Part shown: piece after piece, positions 10,420 through 20,907 of the stretch | Numbering within the stretch: the stretch's first letter is position 1 | Layout: every line of letters begins with the position of its first letter | Assembly (NCBI GenBank): GCA_045565415.1 | Contig: JBJLFK010000033.1 | Span: 5,044-69,043, forward strand | Length of the DNA stretch: 64,000 nucleotides | DNA from: Alphaproteobacteria bacterium | GTDB taxonomy: Bacteria > Pseudomonadota > Alphaproteobacteria > MED-G09 | Reading direction: 5' to 3' | The notes under the pieces: generated by a model | What the model was told of the DNA's origin: nothing | Seen by the model: only the letters and a program-made list of their open reading frames with translations | Database searches by the model: none | Translations under genes and position numbers: made by a program

Positions 10420-11364
10420 TTAAGCCGTCAATAATTCTTTGTTATTATCAGCACTTACTGCATCATCGATTTCAAAAACCTCAAAAGAGTCTTTATTATC
10501 AAATAACTCTTTCAGGAGAAGATTATTCATATGATGACCACATAAGTAACCCCTGTATTCACCTTGAATACGATACCCAGAAGTAAAAATATCTCCTACA
10601 GCATCTAATAGTTTATGAACAACAAATTCATTTTCAAATCTTAATCCTTCGGAATTTATAACTTCATTATCATCAATAATTATACAATTATCTAAACTAC
10701 CGCCAAGGCCAAGGCCTGACATCCGTAAAGCTTCAACATCTCGCATAAATCCAAAAGTTCTAGCCTTAGAAACATTATCTTTAAAGTTAAAATTCTCTAG
10801 GTTTATTGATGCTTCTTGTTTCCCAATTACTTTGTCTGAAAAATCTATTGAAGCAAAGAAATTCATATTATTGCTAGGACTAAGGGAACATTTTTTTTCC
10901 CCATCAACAATCTCAATATTTCTAGTAATTTTAAGAAATTTTCTTTTTTCTGATAATTTAGATAATCCTGCATTTTCAATAAGCTCAATAAACTGTTTTG
11001 AACTTCCATCCATAATTGGAACTTCTGGACCATCAATCTCAATGTCAATATTATCAACCCCAGATCCTGATAATGCAGCCATTAAATGTTCAATTGTTGA
11101 TATTTTGCAATCGCTTTTATTTTTGATTGTAGTGCACATATTTGTATCAGATACATTCTGATAACTAGCTAAAATTGTTCTTTCAGATATATCGCCTTCA
11201 ATATCTGTTCTAATAAAACTGATTCCTGAATTGGATTTTGAAGGTTTTAATGTAATCTCTATTAAATCACCCTTATGAAGACCAATTCCAGATGTTGATA
11301 TTGTACTCTTTATTGTTGTCTGCCATGGGTAAAAACCGGAAGCTGTTAGAAAATTACAAGACAT
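10420..11364 (-). CDS. lpxC: UDP-3-O-acyl-N-acetylglucosamine deacetylase
   Basis: 314 aa; N-terminus QTTIKSTISTSGIGLHKG, a histidine-containing zinc-site motif and a C-terminal subdomain, all typical of LpxC. Confidence 0.9.
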   Translation of the reverse strand: MSCNFLTASGFYPWQTTIKSTISTSGIGLHKGDLIEITLKPSKSNSGISFIRTDIEGDISERTILASYQNVSDTNMCTTIKNKSDCKISTIEHLMAALSGSGVDNIDIEIDGPEVPIMDGSSKQFIELIENAGLSKLSEKRKFLKITRNIEIVDGEKKCSLSPSNNMNFFASIDFSDKVIGKQEASINLENFNFKDNVSKARTFGFMRDVEALRMSGLGLGGSLDNCIIIDDNEVINSEGLRFENEFVVHKLLDAVGDIFTSGYRIQGEYRGYLCGHHMNNLLLKELFDNKDSFEVFEIDDAVSADNNKELLTA

Positions 11365-11472
11365 TTAAATTTCCACAAGTAGATTAATATCCTAATTATC
11401 AGTGATAATTAAATAATCCAAATAAAACTTTGTGTCTATTTGTAACTTTATATATCAATGTTAATTAAAATT

Positions 11473-11958
11473 TTATTTATTAGTTTTCTGCCAATCTTCA
11501 AGCGGCTGATAAACAAAAACAGGTTTTTGTTTTTCTATTAAAGCAATTAAACCTGTAATCATATTATTTAGGGCAACACTTAAAGCTTCAGCTACATCAT
11601 CTTCATTAAGTCTTTTATCTGACTCTACTTTACCTGACCATCTAATTTCAGAGCTACTATTATCAATAGGTATAATTTTTGCGACAACAACATAATCTTG
11701 CATACCAACTGGTTTTCCATCTGTCAGCTTATAGGAAAATGATAAATCTTTATCGCTATATGCAATCAATTCATGCTGAACATATCCTTGTGTTATTAAG
11801 TTAATATCTCTTATTGCCCCAACACCATTGCCTTCAACAGAAATTGTGCTTTCACTTCCACCAGGAACCCACCTAAGAACGCGATCGAAATGTTTCATTT
11901 CATCCCAAATTATTTCAGAAGGTATATTTGCAACACGGCTTACTTCGACAGTTTTCAT
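11473..11958 (-). CDS. SRPBCC (START/Bet v1/polyketide-cyclase-like) family protein
   Basis: 161 aa; an SRPBCC-like fold is suggested by the sequence pattern. It is embedded between ftsZ and lpxC. Confidence 0.5.
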   Translation of the reverse strand: MKTVEVSRVANIPSEIIWDEMKHFDRVLRWVPGGSESTISVEGNGVGAIRDINLITQGYVQHELIAYSDKDLSFSYKLTDGKPVGMQDYVVVAKIIPIDNSSSEIRWSGKVESDKRLNEDDVAEALSVALNNMITGLIALIEKQKPVFVYQPLEDWQKTNK

Positions 11959-11983
11959 TTCAGGTAGTTTTTTTTTGTTAATT

Positions 11984-13336
11984 TTATTGTTTATTTTTTC
12001 TTAAAAAAGCAGGAATTTCCATTTGTGAATCAAAATCTTTATCGTCTTCGTTATTATCAAGTCTATCACTCTTAAATAAAGGAACATCATCATTCTCCCA
12101 GTCTTCAGGTTCAGGTAGATCTTCTATAACTTGTACTTCTTCCTCTATGTCTTCCTCTATGTCTTCCTCTTTGTCTTCTTCTTTGATGTCATCCATTTTT
12201 TGGTCATCAAATCTCTCTTCCATTAAATCTGGATAATCATCTGTATTTACTGGAAGATCTTGATTAACTTTTCTCACCTCGAGATCCACTGACTGAACAT
12301 CATCACCTAACTCTTCAGGCTGATCATTGGTTGAAGTTTCAATTTCAATTACTTTATCTTCAACTTGGTCATTCATTCCAGTAGCAACAGTAGCTACAAT
12401 TAGCTCATCACCTAACTCTTCATCCATAAAAACACCTGTTATAATTTCGCAATCATCCGGGTTATTTACTTCATTTTGAATAACATTTGTCGCTGCATCG
12501 ATTTCTACAGGGGTGATTTCAGTATTTGCAGTAATTGAAATAAGTAATCCTCTAGCATCCCTTAAATTGATGCCATCCAGCATCGGATTTGAAATAGATG
12601 TTTTAGCGGCAATAACTGCTCTATCTTCACCTGATGCCTGACCAACACCAAACATTGCTTTTCCAATAAATGCCATAATTGTCTTAACATCTGCAAAATC
12701 TATATTAATTCTTCCTCTCTTAGTTATTAATGAGCTAATTGCAGAAACACCATCATATAGAGTTTTGTTAATTATCTCATTACATTCATCAAAAGAAGTT
12801 TCTATATTAGCAACTCTAAATACATTCTCATTTGGTACAACTATAAGGGTATCAAGGCATTTTGAGAGCTCATCAATACCCTCTTTGGCCATCTTCATTC
12901 TTTTTGTTCCATCATACTTCCATGGAGTTGTTACAACACCAACGGTGAGTATGCCCATCTCTTTTGCAAGTTTTGCTACTACTGGAGCAGCGCCTGTGCC
13001 TGTTCCTCCACCCATGCAGGCAGTAATGAAAAGCATATTTATTCCTTTAAGGTAACTTTTTAGCTCCTCTATAGATTCCTGGGCTGCTTTCTTTCCTATT
13101 TTGGGATCAGCTCCTGCACCTAAACCCTTTGTAATGTTTGCTCCAATCTGAATTCTTGTAGTCTGATCATGTTCCTCTAATGCTTGAGCATCTGTATTAA
13201 CAGCATACAAATCCACACCCTTTAAACCATTATCAATCATAGTTCTTAGAGCGTTACCACCTCCACCGCCAATACCAAGAAGGGCAAGACGAGGTTTTAA
13301 TTTTTCAACCTCAGGCGCCGATAATTCAATTGACAA
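11984..13336 (-). CDS. ftsZ: Cell division GTPase FtsZ
   Basis: 450 aa with the tubulin signature GGGTGTGAAP, followed by a long acidic repetitive C-terminal linker (EEDKEEDIEEDIEEE) and a conserved C-terminal peptide (…IPAFLRKNKQ). Confidence 0.95.
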   Translation of the reverse strand: MSIELSAPEVEKLKPRLALLGIGGGGGNALRTMIDNGLKGVDLYAVNTDAQALEEHDQTTRIQIGANITKGLGAGADPKIGKKAAQESIEELKSYLKGINMLFITACMGGGTGTGAAPVVAKLAKEMGILTVGVVTTPWKYDGTKRMKMAKEGIDELSKCLDTLIVVPNENVFRVANIETSFDECNEIINKTLYDGVSAISSLITKRGRINIDFADVKTIMAFIGKAMFGVGQASGEDRAVIAAKTSISNPMLDGINLRDARGLLISITANTEITPVEIDAATNVIQNEVNNPDDCEIITGVFMDEELGDELIVATVATGMNDQVEDKVIEIETSTNDQPEELGDDVQSVDLEVRKVNQDLPVNTDDYPDLMEERFDDQKMDDIKEEDKEEDIEEDIEEEVQVIEDLPEPEDWENDDVPLFKSDRLDNNEDDKDFDSQMEIPAFLRKNKQ

Positions 13337-13404
13337 AGCAACCTCCTTAACAAGTTAGTTAATTTTTCTACTGATTCTTAGTTTTTAACAAGAAATAGGA
13401 GTGC

Positions 13405-14694
13405 TTAAAAATCTTGACCCATAAGATTTTTAAAGAAATTACCGATTTTCTCAGCACTCTTTATTGTAATTGTTTCATGATCCTTTTTAGATTTTTTTAA
13501 GCAGTGTATTAATACACCTGAGCATGACGAAAATGAAGGACTTCCAATTTCTCCTGACAAACCACCAATTTTAGTAGGTGAACCTACCCTAACATTTGTG
13601 TCAAAAACTCTTTGAGCTAATTCTATGCTCCCTGGCATTCCTGCAGTACCACCTGTTAATATAATATTTCTTTTAGCATATTCAGAGTAACCAGATTTTT
13701 CAATTACTTCATCGGCTTTTTCTAGAATTTCTTCATACCTGTATTTAATTATAGAGACTAAATTGCTTAGTTTAAATTTACTCCTAATAGTATTTTCATC
13801 ATCATTAGGAATCTCATAATATTGCTCAGAGTCATTAGCTCCCATAATTGTATTGCCATATAAATTTTTAATTCCTTCAGCATGCTCGAAAGATGTATGT
13901 AATCCTAAGGCAACATCATTAGTTATATACCACCCTCCTAGATTTATAGTTTTGGCATAAACTATTGTTCCTTCAAAAAATATTGATATTGATGTGGTGC
14001 CACAACCAATATCAATACAAACTGAACCAAAATCTAATTCATGTTCCTGTAAGCATGCTAAACCTGATGCATATGGCTTTGCAACAAAGCCCTCAATGTT
14101 CAAATGCATATTTTTAATTATATTTTCTATATTAATAAGAGGATTAATTTCAGATGTAATATAATTTAATTCTACACCAAGCTTGTCTGCTACTAAACCT
14201 GATGGATCGTTAACATTTCTGATTCCATCTACAAAAAAATTCGACGGAACAATATGAATTATTTTCTGATTAGTCGGAGTATATTTTTTATTAGTTATAG
14301 AAATAACTTCAGCAACATGCTCTTGCTTAATTGTTTTTTCTGGAACATTAATTGAGCCTTTTAAAACATGACTATTCAGGAAATCGCCAGAAATACAAAC
14401 ATAAACATTATTAATCTCAATATTTGCGTCTTTTTCAGCTTTATCTAAGGCAAGCCTTATCGATTTTTCTGCCTCCTTCTGGTCAATAACTTTACCGTTC
14501 CTTATACCTCTTGTTTGACAATATCCAGACCCAACAACGCGCAATGCTCTCTTTTCTCTTGTTATTTCATCAATTTTAGCAATGAAACAAACAATTTTAT
14601 CTGAACCAATATCTATAGATGTCAAAATATTTTTTGATTGGTTTGATTTATTTTCTGTTGAGAATAAATCTATTTGATTGCTATTTTTTTTCAT
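13405..14694 (-). CDS. ftsA: Cell division protein FtsA
   Basis: 429 aa with an actin-like ATPase fold (…DIGSDKIVCFI…, …LTGGTAGMPG…). Confidence 0.9.
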   Translation of the reverse strand: MKKNSNQIDLFSTENKSNQSKNILTSIDIGSDKIVCFIAKIDEITREKRALRVVGSGYCQTRGIRNGKVIDQKEAEKSIRLALDKAEKDANIEINNVYVCISGDFLNSHVLKGSINVPEKTIKQEHVAEVISITNKKYTPTNQKIIHIVPSNFFVDGIRNVNDPSGLVADKLGVELNYITSEINPLINIENIIKNMHLNIEGFVAKPYASGLACLQEHELDFGSVCIDIGCGTTSISIFFEGTIVYAKTINLGGWYITNDVALGLHTSFEHAEGIKNLYGNTIMGANDSEQYYEIPNDDENTIRSKFKLSNLVSIIKYRYEEILEKADEVIEKSGYSEYAKRNIILTGGTAGMPGSIELAQRVFDTNVRVGSPTKIGGLSGEIGSPSFSSCSGVLIHCLKKSKKDHETITIKSAEKIGNFFKNLMGQDF

Positions 14695-15431
14695 TAACTT
14701 CTTTTGAAAATTCTATCTGTAGAGATTTCACCTTTTATTCTTAAATCAATCTTTTTGTGACCCTTTTCTATTAAATTATAATCTTTTAAATGCTGATCGA
14801 GTTCAAGCAAGGCATCATTTACATCCCCCATGGGTAATTTAATTAAAACACCCTCTTTAAAATATAAATCCCATCTTCTTTTTCCAATAAAAGTTGCATA
14901 ATCAATCCTTCCTCTTAATGAAGGATAATCATCCAAAGCATTTAAAAAATTACTAAGATTTAAATCCGCTTCATTTCCATAAATAAAAAATAAATCAGCA
15001 TAAGAGTCTTTTTTTTGGATTTTTTCAATATGATATCCATCCTTATCAAGTATTAGAACTTCATTTTTATATTCCCAAATAGCAGCAGGTTCATACTCTT
15101 CAATAAAAATATGGATTTCATTCGGTAGCTTTCTACTCACTTTTGCACTTTTTATCCAAGGGACTGATAAAATATTTTTTTTCATTTTTTCTAAATTGAT
15201 ATTAAGAATGGGCGAGTTGAGCTCAATCGATAAAGAAGATAAGATTTTTGTCTTATTTGATCTTACCCTTCCATCAAGTTTTAATTTTTCAAGTTTAAAA
15301 AATGAATTTGAAAAATTATTATAATAATTATTTACAGGATTATTTTGATACAAGAATAAATAAATTGAAAAAGTAATTATGATCAAAAACAGAATAAGGA
15401 AAAAATATGTTTTTCTTTTCAATTTTAACAT
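14694..15431 (-). CDS. ftsQ: Cell division protein FtsQ
   Basis: 245 aa with an N-terminal transmembrane helix and a POTRA-like domain, at the conserved dcw position between ddl and ftsA. Confidence 0.7.
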   Translation of the reverse strand: MLKLKRKTYFFLILFLIIITFSIYLFLYQNNPVNNYYNNFSNSFFKLEKLKLDGRVRSNKTKILSSLSIELNSPILNINLEKMKKNILSVPWIKSAKVSRKLPNEIHIFIEEYEPAAIWEYKNEVLILDKDGYHIEKIQKKDSYADLFFIYGNEADLNLSNFLNALDDYPSLRGRIDYATFIGKRRWDLYFKEGVLIKLPMGDVNDALLELDQHLKDYNLIEKGHKKIDLRIKGEISTDRIFKRS

Positions 15432-16339
15432 ATTGCATCCTCAATTATTAAGCTAATTAAATTATTATAAGAAATGTCTTGAAAAGCTGCCAATTTAGGA
15501 ATTAATGATGTTTTAGTTAGACCGGGGTTTGTATTTAACTCTAAAACATAAGGACTAAGAATTGCATCTTCTTCTAGACGAAAATCTGTTCTTGTAACAC
15601 CCTTACATCCAAGCAAGTTATGGCAGCTCAGAGTTAAGTCTTGAATTTTATTATAAGTTTCGCGAGGGATATCCTTGGCTAAAATATATTCTGACATACC
15701 TTGTGTATATTTAGTTTCATAATCATAGAAAATATTTTTAGCTTTAATCTCCATAACTTCTGTAGGTTTATTAGCTATAATTCCACATGTTAGCTCTCTT
15801 CCTTTAATATATTTTTCAACCATTATATATTTACCATATTTCCAATTTTTTATATCTTCCAAGAAACTAGTTTTATCTGATTCACTCAAAATTATGTACA
15901 CACCAAAACTTGAGCCATTATTTATTGGTTTAATTACAGATGGAATTAAAATATCATTTTCATTTATATCATCTTTATCAATCATTTTATATTGAGGAGT
16001 AGGCACATCATTTCTAATAAAAATTTCTTTAGAAAATGCCTTATTCATTGCAAGAATAGATGAGGAAATACCTGAATGAGTATATTTTATACCAATTTCT
16101 TCAAGAAGTGCCTGTATTTGACCATCCTCACCAAATTCACCATGAAGAGCATTAAAACATAAATCAAAATTAGAACTGATTAATTTTTCTAAAAAATCGT
16201 CTTTGCAGTCTATCGAGGTATATCTGAGACCTAATTCATTAAGAGCCTGTTCCACATTTTCACCTGTTTTTAGACTGATTGCTCTTTCATCTGAGTAACC
16301 CCCTTTTAAAACTGCAATCTTTCCCTTAAATGTCATCAA
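15425..16339 (-). CDS. ddl: D-alanine--D-alanine ligase
   Basis: 304 aa with an ATP-grasp fold (…ALHGEFGEDGQIQALLE…), at the conserved dcw position. Confidence 0.9.
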   Translation of the reverse strand: MMTFKGKIAVLKGGYSDERAISLKTGENVEQALNELGLRYTSIDCKDDFLEKLISSNFDLCFNALHGEFGEDGQIQALLEEIGIKYTHSGISSSILAMNKAFSKEIFIRNDVPTPQYKMIDKDDINENDILIPSVIKPINNGSSFGVYIILSESDKTSFLEDIKNWKYGKYIMVEKYIKGRELTCGIIANKPTEVMEIKAKNIFYDYETKYTQGMSEYILAKDIPRETYNKIQDLTLSCHNLLGCKGVTRTDFRLEEDAILSPYVLELNTNPGLTKTSLIPKLAAFQDISYNNLISLIIEDAIC

Positions 16340-17261
16340 TGCTCTCTCCTATAAGTTGAATTTCCCATTCAAGCCTTATACCATGATGTTTCTCAACCTC
16401 ATGAATTACAAATTCACCAAGCCTCTCAAAATCTTTTGCTGATGCGTTGCCTGTATTTATAAAAAAATTATTATGAATTGGTGAAATCATTGCACCACCA
16501 ATTTTATAACCACTCAAACCAGAAGAATTAATTAATTCCCAAGCCTTTGCTTCTTTTGGGTTTTTAAATGTACTCCCACCTGTCGCTACCTTAGAGGGTT
16601 GCGATTCCTCCCTTGAACTAATAACTGCATCGATTTTCTCTTTAATATTTGATTTATTCTCATGTCTTCCTTGGAAAGTAGCTTCAATTATAATTTGATC
16701 TGTTTTAATAATGGAATTTCTATATGAAAAATTCATTTCTTCGTTATTGTATGATTTCAATTCACCATCTCTTTCTAGAATTAAAACTTCATCAGCAATA
16801 TCTTTTATTTCTGAACCATAACAACCGGCATTCATTGCTATAGCGCCTCCTATATTACCAGGAATACCAGATAGAAATTCAAAACCCCCTAAATCATTAT
16901 CATAAGCAAATTGCGAAACATTTTTATCAAGCAATCCTGATCCAAATGTAATTTTATTATTTTTATGAATTTCAAGTTGTGAGAAACTTGGCGGTATAAG
17001 GATAGTAACTCCAGGAATACCCCCATCCCTTATCAAAACATTTGATAGCCTTCCAAAAACACTAGTTTTAATTTTACTATCAATGTGTTTTAAAAAAACT
17101 GCTAAATCTTCTTTATTCTTAGGTATATATAAACATGAGGCCTTTCCGCCAACTTTTAACCATGTTAAATTTTCAAGGGATTTATCAAAGAAAATCTTTC
17201 CCTGAATCAAATTACTATTAATTAAATCATGAAATTGAGACATGCTCTTTACCCAAATCAT
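16326..17261 (-). CDS. murB: UDP-N-acetylenolpyruvoylglucosamine reductase
   Basis: 311 aa with an FAD-binding domain (…LKVGGKASCLY…GSNVLI-like). The start may be the internal Met (MSQFHD…) at about 17243. Confidence 0.85.
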   Translation of the reverse strand: MIWVKSMSQFHDLINSNLIQGKIFFDKSLENLTWLKVGGKASCLYIPKNKEDLAVFLKHIDSKIKTSVFGRLSNVLIRDGGIPGVTILIPPSFSQLEIHKNNKITFGSGLLDKNVSQFAYDNDLGGFEFLSGIPGNIGGAIAMNAGCYGSEIKDIADEVLILERDGELKSYNNEEMNFSYRNSIIKTDQIIIEATFQGRHENKSNIKEKIDAVISSREESQPSKVATGGSTFKNPKEAKAWELINSSGLSGYKIGGAMISPIHNNFFINTGNASAKDFERLGEFVIHEVEKHHGIRLEWEIQLIGESIDDI

Positions 17262-18639
17262 TTAAATAATTATTAGCTAACTCAGAAATGTTTCCTGCGC
17301 CCATAAATATTACTGTTTCTCCTTTTTTAACTTCATTATTTAGAAAATCTTCAACTTTTTTAAAATTATTAAATGCAAGAGTTTTAGTTTTAGAATTTTT
17401 TTGTATACTTACAGCCAAACTATTAGCATTAATATTTTTTATTTTTTTTTCGCCAGCTGCATATACTGGAAGAACAATAACAAAATCAGAATTTTTGAAA
17501 CTTTTAGAAAATTTATCAAATGTTTGCTCTATTCTAGAAAAGCGATGTGGTTGTACAACAGTAATTACTCTTCTATTTGATAAATCTCTTAATGCCTTTA
17601 ATGAAGCTTCAATTTCTGTTGGATGATGAGCATAGTCGTCAAAATATTTTTTTTGATCCAATGTTTTTATTAATGTCATTCTCCTTTTTACACCTTCAAA
17701 ACCTCTCAATGCTTGGCGAATAAATTTAAAACTTATTCCAGTTCTATGAGATATTGCAATTGCTCCTAGAGCATTAAGTAAATTGTGTCTTCCGTGCATT
17801 GGGAATTGAATATTTTTATATATTTTTCTCTTTTCATTTATATTTTTAATTTCAATATCAAAAGTTTGTCCTTGCCTATTAATTCTAATATTTTTTGCCT
17901 TATAATTAGCTCTTGCATTTGTTCCATAAAAGAAATGATCAGATCTCTTTTGTTGGGTTGCTATTTTATATAATTTGTCATCATCAGAACAAATAACAGA
18001 AAACCCAAAAACAGATATGTTGTTAATATATTGTTCAAATGCATTTTCAAGATTCCTCATATTATTGTAGAAATCTATATGTTCATCATCAATTGAAGTT
18101 ATTAACCCGCTAAAAGACGGTAATTTAATAAAACTTCCATCAGACTCATCTGTTTCAACTATCATCCAATCACCTAAACCTAACCTAGTGTTAGATCCAA
18201 GAGAATTTATTATTCCCCCATTTATAACGGTAGGATCTAATTCAGATTTTACAAATATTTCAGAAATAATTGATATTGTTGTAGTTTTACCGTGGCTTCC
18301 GGCTACTGTGATTGTTTTTTTCATTCTCATTAATTCTGCAAGCATTTCTGCTCTACTTATCAATGGGATTTTAATCTTTATGGCCTCTTTTATTTCAACA
18401 TTTTGTTTTTTTATTGCGGATGAATAAACGATTAATGATGAGCCTTTAATATTGCTAGCATTATGTCCAATTTTAATTTTTATACCTAATTTCTTTAATC
18501 TAACGACATTTGATCCTTCCTTTTGATCTGAGCCTGTTACTTCATATCCTAAATTGTGAAGTATTTCAGCTATACCGCTCATTCCTATGCCTCCTATGCC
18601 AACTAAAAAAATTCTTCCTTTTTTATTAAGATGGTCCAT
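17227..18639 (-). CDS. murC: UDP-N-acetylmuramate--L-alanine ligase
   Basis: 470 aa Mur ligase with N-terminal GIGGIGMSGIA and a P-loop GSHGKTTT. Confidence 0.9.
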   Translation of the reverse strand: MDHLNKKGRIFLVGIGGIGMSGIAEILHNLGYEVTGSDQKEGSNVVRLKKLGIKIKIGHNASNIKGSSLIVYSSAIKKQNVEIKEAIKIKIPLISRAEMLAELMRMKKTITVAGSHGKTTTISIISEIFVKSELDPTVINGGIINSLGSNTRLGLGDWMIVETDESDGSFIKLPSFSGLITSIDDEHIDFYNNMRNLENAFEQYINNISVFGFSVICSDDDKLYKIATQQKRSDHFFYGTNARANYKAKNIRINRQGQTFDIEIKNINEKRKIYKNIQFPMHGRHNLLNALGAIAISHRTGISFKFIRQALRGFEGVKRRMTLIKTLDQKKYFDDYAHHPTEIEASLKALRDLSNRRVITVVQPHRFSRIEQTFDKFSKSFKNSDFVIVLPVYAAGEKKIKNINANSLAVSIQKNSKTKTLAFNNFKKVEDFLNNEVKKGETVIFMGAGNISELANNYLNDLGKEHVSIS

Positions 18640-18641
18640 TT

Positions 18642-19733
18642 TTAACCTATAACCTTTTCAGCAAAATCAGCAATATTTGACGATGCATTAGGCATCCCAA
18701 GTGATTTAATATTTATAGAAAGTTTTTCACGCTTGTTTGAATCATTAATTAATTCTAGGATTTTGTTAGATAAAAATTGGGGATTAAGATTGTTTTGATC
18801 ACATACAATTGCTGCATTTGCTAACTCAAAATTTCTTGCATTATGTTCTTGATCTCCATCAAGTGTATTTGGCAAAGGAATAAAAATACATGGCTTACCG
18901 CATATAGCCATCTCACTTAAAGTTGATGCTCCAGCTCTAGAAATAACAATATCTGATTGGTTTATTAACTTTGGTAGATCGTAAAAAAATTCACTAACAT
19001 TATGTCTTATTTTATTTTTTGAAAAATAATCTGTTAAGAAATTAATATCTTCTTTTCTGCATTGTTGAACAATATTCAAATTTTGAAATATTTCTGATGG
19101 TAGATAATTCAGTGACTTAGTAACTAATTCTGTTAGGAAGGCCGCTCCATGACTACCGCCAAAAATTAGTATACTAATATTTCTTTTATCAAATATCTTT
19201 TTTTCGTCTTTATACTTAACTATTTCTTCTCTAACTGGATTACCCAAGAAATTATGGTTATTAATATTTTTAGGTGCCTTTATTCTTGTATTTTTAAATC
19301 CATTTGAAACACCATCAGAAAAAGAACATAATAAACTATTTGCTCTTCCAAAAATCGTATTTTGTTCATGTATTATTATTTTACGACCTAATAACTTTGA
19401 GGCTAGCAAAGGAGATAAACTCGGATAACCTCCAAAGCCAATAGACAATATTGGTCTAGTCAAAATTATCCAAAAAAGAGAAACAAAAAATCCTAATAAT
19501 AATTTAAAGGCCACCTGTGGCCATTTTATAAAACCTTTATTTGTAAAGGTATCTGATGGAACAAGAATAATTTTATCGGCTTTAAAATTATCTAAGAATT
19601 TTTTTACTCTTTTATCGGTCAGTAAGATTATTCTATAGTTTCTTTTCCTTAATTCATTAGAAACAGCATCAGCTGAAAATAAGTGACCACCTGATCCTCC
19701 TGCAGCAATCATTATGTAAGGTTTATTTTTCAT
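18642..19733 (-). CDS. murG: Undecaprenyldiphospho-muramoylpentapeptide beta-N-acetylglucosaminyltransferase
   Basis: 363 aa GT28 family protein with N-terminal GGSGGHLF. Confidence 0.9.
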   Translation of the reverse strand: MKNKPYIMIAAGGSGGHLFSADAVSNELRKRNYRIILLTDKRVKKFLDNFKADKIILVPSDTFTNKGFIKWPQVAFKLLLGFFVSLFWIILTRPILSIGFGGYPSLSPLLASKLLGRKIIIHEQNTIFGRANSLLCSFSDGVSNGFKNTRIKAPKNINNHNFLGNPVREEIVKYKDEKKIFDKRNISILIFGGSHGAAFLTELVTKSLNYLPSEIFQNLNIVQQCRKEDINFLTDYFSKNKIRHNVSEFFYDLPKLINQSDIVISRAGASTLSEMAICGKPCIFIPLPNTLDGDQEHNARNFELANAAIVCDQNNLNPQFLSNKILELINDSNKREKLSINIKSLGMPNASSNIADFAEKVIG

Positions 19734-19749
19734 AAATATTTAACATTGA

Positions 19750-20907
19750 TTAATTTTTTAATTTATCTGGCGTCTTTAAATCATTTGTTTTTTTTGTTAA
19801 TGCTAAAAACATTCCCATTGTAATGCCCATAGCCAGCAATGAAGAGCCTCCATAGCTAATAAAAGGTAAAGTCATTCCTTTTGCAGGTATTAAACTTAAA
19901 TTTACTGCTATATGTATTAGGGCTTGAAGCCCAAACAAAATAATTAATCCAGATGAAGCAAGTTGATTGAAAAAATTATTTTGATTCATAGATCTTGTTA
20001 ATCCTCTCATTATTAATATTAAATATAAAAACATCAGCGACATAGTTACTATTAAACCATTTTCTTCAGCAATTGCTGCAAAAACAAAATCTGTATAAGC
20101 ATCAGGAAGATGATATTTAACCCAACTTTCACCAATACCTTTTCCAAAAATTTGTCCATTTTCAATAGCATCAATAGCAGCTTGAGTTTGTGTCAGTTTT
20201 GAATTAACCGCACCTCCTCCAAACCATATTTCTATCCATGAATCTAATCGCGAAGCAAAATGCGGGAAATTAAAATAAAAGAAAATTATTGATATCATAG
20301 AAATTAAACCAGCTGGAGCTATTATTACCCAAGGGAACCCCTGTACAAATACCAAGCATAGAATTGTTATAAATAACAATATAGTTTGCCCTAGATCAGG
20401 TTGGAGCATTAAAAGTGTAGCAACTAAAATAAATAGTAATCCTGGAATTAAACTGTATTTATTATTTTGCTCTTCTTTCGATCTGGCAAAAAACCAAGCT
20501 GATAAAATAATTAAACAGGGTTTCAAAAATTCTGAAGGTTGAATCGTAATTATTCCAAAAACTGATATCCACCTTGACGCCCCCCCACTCGAAAAGCCAA
20601 TAACAAGCGTTAATAAAACCCCTAACAAACTGAATACAAATAGGATAAGGGATATTTTTCGAGTAAACTCTTTTGGTAATATTGATATTGTCACCATTAA
20701 AGCCACAGAAATAAATAGAAAAACTGATTGTTTAATTAAAAAATAATATTGATTAGCTTTTAGATGTCCCGCTTCTACTGGACTAACTGCCAACGAAAAG
20801 AATAAACCACTTAACCCAAGAAAGATTACACCAAATAACATATACCTATCTACTGTGAACCACCATTCACCGACTGGACCTGTATTGGTTCGTGAAATTC
20901 TTAACAT
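19750..20907 (-). CDS. ftsW: Peptidoglycan glycosyltransferase FtsW (SEDS family)
   Basis: 385 aa polytopic membrane protein with SEDS motifs, at the dcw position between murD and murG. Confidence 0.9.
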   Translation of the reverse strand: MLRISRTNTGPVGEWWFTVDRYMLFGVIFLGLSGLFFSLAVSPVEAGHLKANQYYFLIKQSVFLFISVALMVTISILPKEFTRKISLILFVFSLLGVLLTLVIGFSSGGASRWISVFGIITIQPSEFLKPCLIILSAWFFARSKEEQNNKYSLIPGLLFILVATLLMLQPDLGQTILLFITILCLVFVQGFPWVIIAPAGLISMISIIFFYFNFPHFASRLDSWIEIWFGGGAVNSKLTQTQAAIDAIENGQIFGKGIGESWVKYHLPDAYTDFVFAAIAEENGLIVTMSLMFLYLILIMRGLTRSMNQNNFFNQLASSGLIILFGLQALIHIAVNLSLIPAKGMTLPFISYGGSSLLAMGITMGMFLALTKKTNDLKTPDKLKN

